Shown piece by piece: positions 20,838 to 30,237 of a DNA stretch of 64,000 nucleotides (position 1 is the stretch's first letter; each line of letters opens with the position of its first letter). Made by a program: the position numbers and the translations under genes. This DNA is from Paramoeba atlantica (taxonomy: Eukaryota; Protista; Discosea): contig CDRNVI010000014.1 in NCBI GenBank assembly GCA_977017575.1, positions 455,507-519,506 on the forward strand, given 5' to 3'. Under the pieces are notes generated by a model. It worked only from the letters and a program-made list of their open reading frames with translations, ran no database searches and had not been told where the DNA came from.

Positions 20838-22541
20838 TCACTGACGCAGTCCACCAATCCAATGTGCTTCTGGAATATACTCGCGGAGCTGCGATACAAT
20901 AGTATACGCTGCTAGCTTTTCTATCTCGAGTTGGAAGGCCTCACGTACGTCTTCGTACTTTTGTTTGGCTCGTTGGGATAATGCCTTGAGGAGGGTTTTG
21001 GTGTCGTTGTGCAGAAGACCGCAGTCAGAGGCGGCCAGGCAACGAAAAGAGTCGCTTTCTACGCCTTTCTCCGTAACGTACTTCTTGAATTTCTTGTCGA
21101 GCACGTGCTGCATCAGCGCTGTACTTGTTTGTTTGGCATAGCTGCTGCAACAAGTGTGAACAACGGTAAAATCATACAGGACCTCCCCCATGTGGGGCCA
21201 CATAATAGCAAGATCAGGACCGGATCGGATTCTGCGGGCTTTGCAAGGATGATGTTCAGCTACTTCCGCTGAGATGGAACACTTGCACTTAGTACAGAAA
21301 AACGAAGAATGGATGCGCGGTTCGATAATACAAGGGAGACCAGCTTTGGAGCACAAATCTGCGAGGTACCTCACTATGTGTGAGTGCTTTCTGGTGCAAT
21401 TCATGCCCGAGCACCGGGAGCATCCTGCGACGTGTGGTATAATGCTGGTAGGAGATTCATGGCCACAGCATCCAGGGCATATAACATCGGCCGGTGCGTT
21501 ATGTAATCCGATGCCCAAACGCATCATCAAAGTGTATCGGAAGAGGTACGGGTTTACATAATTGCTGGTGCTTTCTAAATGCATGTTTGATTCCTTTGTA
21601 CGCTTCAATAAAAGTCCCATGTGAGAATCCTTCTGCAGCTCAGTTATCTGTTTATCGTGTTCTGCACTTAGCTTCTTTTTCAATAGCTTGCGCGCTGCCT
21701 CTCCTCGACTTTGCGGTTGTTTCACAGCTTTTTCGCTGCCTTTCTGATCTACCGGAGCGTTATTGGGTTTAAGGTGCTCATCAATAGATTTGCTGGCAGT
21801 TTCGAAGAAATGTTTTTGCTTCAGAGTCGAGGAAATTAAGCCTAGGCCACCGAGTTTCTGTGGTAGAGCGGCGAGTTTCAGGGCGTTTGCGTCTGCTCCA
21901 CTCCACTTTTCTAGAACTTTGTTTACTTGGTTCTCGAAGGATTGTGCTAGTTGGAAAGTAGCGCCTGGCCGATGTACTCGTAGATGGTAATCGTGCCGTG
22001 GAATCGTACAACGGCGGAGAATGGCAAGAGACAAATTACTGGGACCCATAAGCAACAACCTGCGGAATAGGCACTTGTGTTTCTCCATTTTCTTGATCAG
22101 CAGATTTTCCACGACTTGGTCTGTGCCTACGTATGCGCCTAAGACTTTTATCGCATCACTGCAAAAGTTTACTCCAAGTTTTTCCAACGGAGGAGGCTGA
22201 GCTATGTTGGGAATGTTCTTCTGAAACCAATCGCATTTCTGGAAATTAATTCGGAGGTTCATCTCTGCGGCGATCTCACGCAGGTAAAAGAAAGCTGCCT
22301 CCAATGCTTGCACGTTTTTGGAGCTCAAAGTCACATCGTCTTGGTATGCTCGGATCTTCACGTCAGGATAGAGGTGCATGAGTTCTCGTAGCGGGCCTTG
22401 CAAAAGTGCGCAGAAGTACATTGATGAAAGTGCCGATCCTTGGCGAATTCCTGAAGAGCTTTCGATGGTAGCAAACAGAGCATTGTGCGCAAAAAATAGC
22501 AGCTCAGAGGGAATCCCATATTCTAGGTAGAATAGGCGCAT
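20838..22541 (-). CDS. Family B 3' half, copy 4
   Basis: Identical protein; preceded by an APE-LINE fragment instead of the family A fragment. Confidence 0.85.
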   Translation of the reverse strand: MRLFYLEYGIPSELLFFAHNALFATIESSSGIRQGSALSSMYFCALLQGPLRELMHLYPDVKIRAYQDDVTLSSKNVQALEAAFFYLREIAAEMNLRINFQKCDWFQKNIPNIAQPPPLEKLGVNFCSDAIKVLGAYVGTDQVVENLLIKKMEKHKCLFRRLLLMGPSNLSLAILRRCTIPRHDYHLRVHRPGATFQLAQSFENQVNKVLEKWSGADANALKLAALPQKLGGLGLISSTLKQKHFFETASKSIDEHLKPNNAPVDQKGSEKAVKQPQSRGEAARKLLKKKLSAEHDKQITELQKDSHMGLLLKRTKESNMHLESTSNYVNPYLFRYTLMMRLGIGLHNAPADVICPGCCGHESPTSIIPHVAGCSRCSGMNCTRKHSHIVRYLADLCSKAGLPCIIEPRIHSSFFCTKCKCSISAEVAEHHPCKARRIRSGPDLAIMWPHMGEVLYDFTVVHTCCSSYAKQTSTALMQHVLDKKFKKYVTEKGVESDSFRCLAASDCGLLHNDTKTLLKALSQRAKQKYEDVREAFQLEIEKLAAYTIVSQLREYIPEAHWIGGLRQ

Positions 22542-22589
22542 GAAAGGCTTGAAAATGGGATTACCAAGGAGTGCCTCAGCAATGGCGTT

Positions 22590-23440
22590 GCTGAGGTTCG
22601 TGCTCTTTCTATATTCATCTATTATCTTTATCCAACTTTTTTTATTCTGGGCTTTCAGTTTCCATGAGCAATCTGTTGTTATCCCAACTCTTTCCAGTGC
22701 AGCTACAAGGCTTCTACTATAGCATGGCAGGCTTCGTTTATATGTATTTCCTCTATTTTGAGTTGATCGATATTTGCCGAATAACACTCTGTTCGGGAAT
22801 CTATCTGGACCCATTCTTGCGACGTGTCCAGCAAACAGTAAACTTCGGGCATCTATTTGTGGCTGGAGTGGGTCCATTCCTGCGATCGATAGGCATTCCT
22901 TCTGGGAGGTATATCTTATTGCATCCTTCGCAGATTCTTGGTGCTGTTTATCATTGTAGGCGCTATTGTCGTTCTTGACCCATGGTATGCCGAAAGATGT
23001 TTTGATGTATCTTATATAGGTGCGGTTGAGTTTCAGATGCTGGGTTGGTGTAAGCGCCCACGTTGAGCTCGCATATAGTAGAATTGGTACTATACAGACT
23101 TCCAGGATGAGTCTTTTCGTTTTCCTTGTGATATCCTTGTCTTTCCACAAGTCTCTAAATTTTCTCATACCTGCGCAAGCTCTTCTTATTCTGTTTTCTA
23201 TTTCTTCTTCCAATGAAGCATCTTCACTGATGACTGTTCCAAGGTATGAGAAGTTCCGTACTTGTTCAATAGTTTCTTCTTGTGCTTTTATCTCGGATGT
23301 GTAATACTTTTCTGCTTTGCAAGGTTGAATTACCTGTGTTTTAGTTTTCCTTGTGTTTATCCTTATTCCCCATCGGTTCATAACCCCTACTACTGCGTTT
23401 AAGGTATTTTGCAGTTCCGTTTGTTGGGGTCGAAGTTCGT
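22590..23440 (-). pseudogene. RTE-like (APE-class) LINE RT C-terminal fragment
   Basis: GIRINTRKTK..VRNFSYLGTVI..EIENRI..PILLYASSTW; homologous to 35428-36140. Confidence 0.85.
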
Positions 23441-23449
23441 TTGTGGTTA

Positions 23450-23679
23450 AAGGTCTGGAACCAGAATATTTTCGATGTATAGCGGTAACAGACTGTGGGT
23501 TAATGCATGAAGAAACGAAGAACCTAATCAAAACCCTGGCGAAAAGGGCTGAGCTTGATTTCCAAAACACGCGAGATTCCTTTCAACTAGAAATCGAGAA
23601 ATTTGCAGCTTACACTGTCGTATCACAATTACGACAATACATCTCAGCAGAACAATGGCTAGGAGGCCTCAGCCATTGA
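23450..23679 (+). pseudogene. C-terminal end of a second family B-type element
   Basis: FRCIAVTDCGLMHEETK..FQLEIEKFAAYTVVSQLRQY aligns to the family B C-terminus. Confidence 0.85.
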
Positions 23680-23850
23680 AAAATAAAGTTCGCAAAAAGA
23701 ACCCTTGTCAAGACCGCTTATTTACCTCTGCGTAAAGTGGCAACTAAAAGAACATAGGAGGCCTCAGCCATTGAAAAATAAAGTTCGCAAAAAGAACCCG
23801 TGCCAAGACCGCTTATTTTCTCTGCGTAAAGTTGCAACTAAAAGAACATA
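23661..23850 (+). repeat. 95-bp tandem duplication spanning the stop codon and 3' UTR
   Basis: aggaggcctcagccattg...aaaagaacat at 23661 and 23756, with a few substitutions. Confidence 0.9.
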
Positions 23851-24028
23851 CCGCAAAATAATAATAGTGAGAGATTCGTTTTTATGCAATATACATATGG
23901 TATATATATATGCGCAAGTCCACGTCAATTCCAACAGCAACAACAACGCCTAAAGTCCAAAACAATCATGCGGTAAATTATTCCCTAAAAATCTGTAAAT
24001 AATACCTCAAAAAAAAGCAACGAGCAAA

Positions 24029-24029
<1 letters not shown>

Positions 24030-24063
<34 letters not shown>

Positions 24064-24412
24064 CGCCAAGTTGAATTTTTTTTTGGGTATATGAATTTAA
24101 AACAAGCAATCAAATTAGCAATTCTTTTCATTTCCACAGAAGTATATTTTCTTTTTCTTTTTTCTCAGCCCAAAACTAGCAATTCAATCTCCCCTAAGTA
24201 TATACGACAAATAAGACACAGTAAAAATAAAAACAAGCAATCCAGACCCAATCCATTCGCGCGTTCCGGACCGGGTCTTTCGACCACTCCACGGCCTGAC
24301 TTGTGAACCCTTCCCTTGCTATACGGGAGGGCGCAGGCGCGGGCCTGTGTCGACAGCGACACGGTCACGAAACAGGATGCTGGCCGACGGGGAGGAGATT
24401 CAAAAGGAGATT

Positions 24413-24445
<33 letters not shown>

Positions 24446-27356
24446 AGATAATAGGGGGGGAAGAGTACGAGTTCTAACTTTATATATGTATGTACGGTAT
24501 GACTTTCTCACTTACTTTCCCACTTGCTCAACTTCTTTCCCTCACTTCCCCCCATTTTAAAAACGAGCAAAATATATAACTAGCAAATACATGCTTTCCC
24601 ATCTTACCCACTTCCCCTTACCAATCTTACCAGCTTTCCAGGGAGGGTAAGGTCTCCCTCGGCTAGGAGGGGCAGACTTTCCCCGAACCATTCGCGCGTT
24701 CCGGACCGGGTCTTTCGACCTCTCCCAGCTTGCCTTGGTAACCCTTCTCTTGTTGTACGAGAGGGCGCAAGCAATGGGCCTGTGCCGACAGCGGCACGGT
24801 CAAAAGGTTTTTTTTTTTTTTTTTTTTTTTTGGGGGGGGGGTATACGAGTTGAAAACAAGCAATCAAATTAGCAAATCTTTTTGTTTCCACAGATGTACC
24901 TTTTGTTTTTTCTCTCAGCCCAAAACTAGCAAGGTCCATTCCCACTTCCCAACTTTCCCACTTCCCAACTTTCCCACTTCCCAACTTTCCCACTTCCCCT
25001 TACCGAACTTCCACCTTTCCAGGGAGGGTAAGGTCTCCCTCTGACTCGCCTCGCACCTACGCCACAAGAGGGTTTTTGATGATAAAGAAGGGGGGAGGCG
25101 AGGTCTTCTCCAATCCATTCGCGCTCCCATCTTCCTCATGCATGTTCCGAACCGGGTCTTTCGACCACTCCCAGCTTGCCTTGTTAACCCTTCTCTTGTT
25201 GTACGAGAGGGCGCAAGCAATGGGCTTCGTTTTGGGGCTCGTTTTTTTTTTGTTTTTTTTTTTTTTATATATGTATGTACGGTATGACTTTCTCACTTAC
25301 TTTCCTACTTGCTCAACTCGTACAAGATACAGAAACTGTATCTTTATCGTTAAAGATTTTTTTTTTTTTGTACGGTATCAGTTTTTTTTTTTTTTTTTTT
25401 TTCAAATTTATCTCTATAAATCAATCTACAACAAATCACTCTATTTGACGAAACCAAACCAAAGAAAAGAAAAAGAAAAAAAAAAAAAAATGCATCACCC
25501 TCTAATTCAGGAGCAGAGGAATCTCTGCAGAGGAATCACAATCTCTGCAGAGGAATCTTCCCTCTCCCTCCCACCACTCGTTTGGAATGTTTTTGCCGTG
25601 TCGATGAGCTACATGGTGATAAAATGCCTGCCATTTTCCGCTATGTGGTGGGGTTTTCCACGTACATCCTTCTGCTGGGCATTGACGTTCTACATCCTTC
25701 TGCTGCGTATTGGCGTTGTGGTATGTGGTAGGGGCAGAATCAGTATTCTTGCGCTTTGTAGCCTTAGTTGGAGAGAAAATGTGGGCGGATGAGGCCTCCG
25801 AAGTAATTCCCACGTTGTTTGCCACGACAAGGGAGTGATTTGTCTCTTCGTCCGCGGTCATTCTGCCTGTGTCCGGTGTAGGTTCCTCTGCCGCGATCTT
25901 GTAGGCTCTTTCGGTCCAGTGTTTAGGTACGTTTTCGGGGATAGGTGTCGTATACAAAAGTTCATTGTAGGTGCTTTGGCCGGAAATCAGGTGAGTTCCT
26001 GCGAATTGGTCCCAATCTCCGGGTTTGTGTGACTTTTGTTCCTGGCAAAAAGAGTCATCATCCATTGGTAACGCGTTGGCATCAAAGGAATCATCGGGCG
26101 GCATGGTTCGACCCTAGTAAGCAATGAAGAGAAAGAAAAATTAATTCAACAAGGTACAGAAACTGTATCTTTATCGTTAAAGATTTTTTTTTCTTTTTTA
26201 AGATTTTTTTTTCTTTTTTAAAGATTTTTTTTTCTTTACCGTTTTTTTGTTTTTAGTACTAAACCTACATACCTTAATCAAGTCGTAGTTTCTTAAATTC
26301 AATTTATAGAATGTTGTGTGTTCAAGAAACTCCAACATGAAATTTTCTTAATTTGCGTATATAGAAAACCATTTTATACATAAAATATCTTTTTTTTTTT
26401 TTATTTTTTTTTTTATAATAGGGGGGGAAGAGTACGAGTTCTGACTTTATATATGTATGTACGGTATGACTTTCTCACTTACTTTCCTACTTGCTCAACT
26501 TCTTTCCCTAACTTCCCCCCATTTTGAAAACGAGCAAAATGTAAAACTAGTAAATGCATGCTTTCCCATCTTACCCACTTCCCCTTACCAATCTTTCAAG
26601 CTTTCCAGGGAGGGTAAGGTCTCCCTCTGCTAGGAGGGGCAGACTTTCCCCTAACCATTCGCGCGTTCCGGACCGGGTCTTTCGACCTCTCCCAGCTTGC
26701 CTTGTTAACCCTTCTCTTGTTGTACGAGAGGGCGCAAGCAATGGGCCTGTGCCGACAGCGGCACGGTCAAAAGGTTTTTTTTTTTTTTTTTTTTTTTTGG
26801 GGGGGGGTATACGAGTTGAAAACAAGCAATCAAATTAGCAAATCTTTTTGTTTCCACAGATGTACCTTTTGTTTTTTCTCTCAGCCCAAAACTAGCAAGG
26901 TCTATTCCCACTTCCCAACTTTCCCACTTCCCAACTTTCCCACTTCCCCTTACCGAACTTCCACCTTTCCAGGGAGGGTAAGGTCTCCCTCTGACTCGCC
27001 TCGCACCTACGCCACAAGAGGGTTTTTGATGATAAAGAAGGGGGGAGGCGAGGTCTTCTCCAATCCATTCGCGCTCCCATCTTCCTCATGCATGTTCCGA
27101 ACCGGGTCTTTCGACCACTCCCAGCTTGCCTTGTTAACCCTTCTCTTGTTGTACGAGAGGGCGCAAGCAATGGGCCTCGTTTTGGGGCTCGTTTTTTTTT
27201 TGTTTTTTTTTTTTTATATATGTATGTACGGTATGACTTTCTCACTTACTTTCCTACTTGCTCAACTCGTACAAGATACAGAAACTGTATCTTTATCGTT
27301 AAAGATTTTTTTTTTTTTGTACGGTATCAGTTTTTTTTTTTTTTTTTTTTTTTTTC
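24030..27356 (-). repeat. Mosaic of poly(A)-terminated 3'-UTR modules with an internal ~0.8-kb duplication (24560-25380 and 26540-27356)
   Basis: Repeated ccattcgcgcgttccggaccgggtctttcgacc, aatcaaattagcaa and gtacggtatgactttctcac blocks separated by T-runs; SL-like copies at ~25322-25356 and ~27271-27305. Confidence 0.85.
25502..26183 (-). mobile_element. Family A 5' fragment with complete 37-nt SL (26147-26183), UTR and N-terminal ORF
   Basis: MPPDDSF..WDQFAG..YNELLYTT..PTPDTG..CPAEGC..HVAHRH; truncated within the second zinc finger. Confidence 0.88.
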
Positions 27357-27357
27357 A

Positions 27358-27562
27358 AACCCAGATTGAAAGGGGCGAGGGAGATACGAAGCAACAGGCG
27401 TGGCAGATTCCCACTGAAAAGAAATGGTATCTCCCCGCACGAGAAAAGTCTTTGCGCTTTCTAGCTCGGAGACAAACTTCGTGCGGGAGATACCATTTCT
27501 TTTCAGTGGGAATCTGCCACGCCTGTTGCTTCGTATCTCCCTCGCCCCTTTCAACCTGGGTT
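27358..27562. repeat. ~85-bp near-perfect inverted repeat with ~36-nt spacer (foldback/MITE-like)
   Basis: 27358-27442 is the reverse complement of 27479-27562 with one mismatch and one 1-bp indel. Confidence 0.92.
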
Positions 27563-28153
27563 ATACGGCGGGCCTTTCGAGGCGGTGCAGACCCTCTGGC
27601 GCGGGTGGTGCTTTACCTCGTGACAAGTAATCTTAAAGGAAACAAGCTTCTGAAATCTTTTTTTTGAAGGGCCCGCCCGGCTAACATTTTGCCTCTGGGA
27701 GGTCTATGTTCGATTCTACTTACGTCTTGTTTATGTTAAGCATTGAGCCCTTTATGTTGTACTTTAATAATGCAAAAGTGCACCTATGGGCACGTTCACT
27801 GGCTCAGTGAGACGGAACCGAGGTTCCCCCAACACTTACACCAGGTCGTGCATACGGAACATTTCGTTCGTTGACAGTTCTTTATGTATCTCTGCTTGTT
27901 TGGCCAACAGGCATTAAGCTCAGACGCCACGTCAAGGCGAGAGATAATTGTCTGAGGACCCTCTTCTCACGAAGAAGGTATTCAAAATGAATGTGATTTT
28001 CGTATCAATTTACTCTAATTTCTTTTCTATTTTCCACTGTACATTTCTTGTTCCACTGTATTTCTTGTTCTTCGCTCTTTTGCCCATACCGCTTCTACCG
28101 ATTCCCGGCTGACGATCTGAGCAAGTTCCGTACGAGACAGTTCAGACTGTGGT

Positions 28154-28277
28154 CACCCTTCCACAACATGGCCAGCTGGCCACCCTTCCACAACATGGCC
28201 AGCTAGCCACCCTTCCACAACATGGCCAGCCGGCCACCCTTCCACAACATGGCCAGCTGGCCACTCTTCCACAACAC
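28154..28277 (+). repeat. 27-bp tandem repeat (ccacccttccacaacatggccagctgg), ~4.5 copies
   Basis: Direct reading; no spacers. Confidence 0.9.
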
Positions 28278-28309
28278 TCTCCCACCCCCGTGGGACTCAC
28301 TCAGTGGAC

Positions 28310-29000
28310 TCACTCAACGTGAGCCACTGCCCACGTGGCAGTGCTCTGACTCTCTCACGTGCCACTGTAGGTACAGTGCCGATGCAGTCACTACCTTACG
28401 TGGCAGTACTCTCACTCTCTCACGTGCTACTGCAGCTGCACTGCATCACTGCAGTCACTGCCTCACGTGACATTGCCTCTCACTCTGCCACTGTATCTAC
28501 ACTGCAATCACTGCCTCACGTGGCAGTACTCTCACTCTCTCACGTGCTACTGCAGCTACACTGCAGTCACTGCCTCACGTGACACTACTCTTACTCTCGC
28601 ACGTGCCAATGCAGCTGCACTGCATCACTGCCTCACGGGGCACTGCTCTCACACTCCCACGTGCTACTGCAGCTACACTGCAGTCACTGCCTCACGTGGC
28701 AGTACTCTCACTCTCTCACGTGCTACTGCAGCTGCACTGCATCACTGCAGTCACTGCCTCACGTGGCAGTAATCTTACTCTCGCACGTGCCGCTGCAGCT
28801 GCGCTGCAGTCACTGACTCTCTCACATTCCACTGTATCTACACTGCATTCACTGCCTCACGTGGCAGTAATCTTACTCTCGCACGTGCCGCTGCAGCTGC
28901 GCTGCATCACTGCAGTCACTGCCTCACATAGCAGTGCACTTACTCTGGCACGTGCCACTGCAGCTGCACTGCATCACTGTGCAATCACTGCCTTCACTGG
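28310..29000 (+). repeat. Degenerate minisatellite built from CACGTG and CTGCAG motifs (~55-66-bp units)
   Basis: Recurrent gcagtcactgcctcacgtggcagtactctcactctctcacgtgctactgcagctgcactgcatca. Confidence 0.85.
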
Positions 29001-29326
29001 GATGAAGCAGGCGGTGTTATTATAATCAAGCATACGGACCAATCAGAGGGCAAAAATCTGAGCGCCCAACAGAGAGAGGAACTAGGAATCGACCGTCGCT
29101 CGATTAGAAATGCTTTAGTGACCGCCCGCGCCGGAAACGTAGGGAAAGCTACTCGAATTCTGGACAACGTCTACAAGGAGTCTATATGCTAGAACTACAT
29201 TGTAAATGGAAATATTTGTGGTGCATTTGTAGGAATTTGGAGTATGCCAGACGCATACGTTTAAACTTTAATATAATAAAATAAAACATCATTTCTTCTT
29301 TCAGTTGATTTCTTCAGTTTGATTTC

Positions 29327-29815
29327 TTAAAGAATAGTGCTTTTCTGATAGTCTTGAGGCTCCAAAAAATGTCGGAGCTGTGCGTATACTTCGGATCCGT
29401 TCAGCTCTTGGAGTAGCAACTTGAATGCCTGTTCGGTTTTTTGGGTATCCAACAGGCAGACATCCGTCAGTGATTTAATTAGGCTCCGTGTGCTCTTATG
29501 TAAAGACCCGCAGGACAAGACAGGAAGGCACTCAAAAGCTTCCGCCGGAATCATGCCACTATTGACATATGTTTCATTTTTCCGCTGTATAGCTTCTCGC
29601 ACGAGTTGGGAACACTTTTTATTCCGATGGGAAGGCGCGAGCTCGTGCACCACAGTTAGGTCGTAGAACACCACGCCACTGTTCCAGTAGATCGCAAGAT
29701 CCGGGCCTGAGCGATGAAACTGCCGTCCTCCGCATGTTTTGTGGTGGAGATGCTGATTGTTGTAGTCGACTGTATTTCCGCATGTTAGACAACTCCACGT
29801 GCTAACAAACTACAA
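29327..29815 (-). pseudogene. Family E RLE 3' fragment
   Basis: WSCLTCG..HHKTC..RSGPDLAIYW..FYDLTVVHELAPS..RKNETY. Confidence 0.88.
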
Positions 29816-30237
29816 CCTAAAACCGGATGGATTAGATGATCTTTGTTTTTGTTAAGACCTTTGTTTTCATTAAGACCTGTGTTTTTATTAAGAAAAAAAA
29901 ATAACAATAACAATATTCACTGGGTAAAAAAAAATAATCATGGTATTGATTTTCTTTTTTTTTTTTTTGCAATTAATAAGGGGGGAGAAGTATGAATCGC
30001 GGCATTGCCTCTATATTTTGACCCAGTAGACGAACCAAGTAGGTCCATTGGGGGGGGTATACGAGTTGAAAACAAACAATCAAATTAGCAATTCTTTTTC
30101 TGTCCACAGATGTACCTTTTTTCTCAGCAAAAAAAAAAAAAATCTTAATAATTATGTACGTGTATGAACTGTATGCATTTTCGCGTGAAATTGATTTTAT
30201 TCTTATGTGACTGTAAAAAAAAAAAAAAAAAAAAAAC

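Larger units (their letters stand above)
14262..22581 (-). repeat. Tandem array, ~2.14-kb period: four family B 3' halves with poly(A), separated by three identical ~250-bp family A fragments
   Basis: Unit starts at 14281, 16426, 18569 and 20711; T-runs of 19, 25, 23 and 22; only a few substitutions seen between units. Confidence 0.95.

Noticed and set aside
20838-23570. 910-aa ORF as a genuine LINE-CRE fusion gene
   Set aside because: It is a patchwork of antisense family B sequence, an RTE RT tail and family B. There is no real start context, so the open frame is likely incidental.
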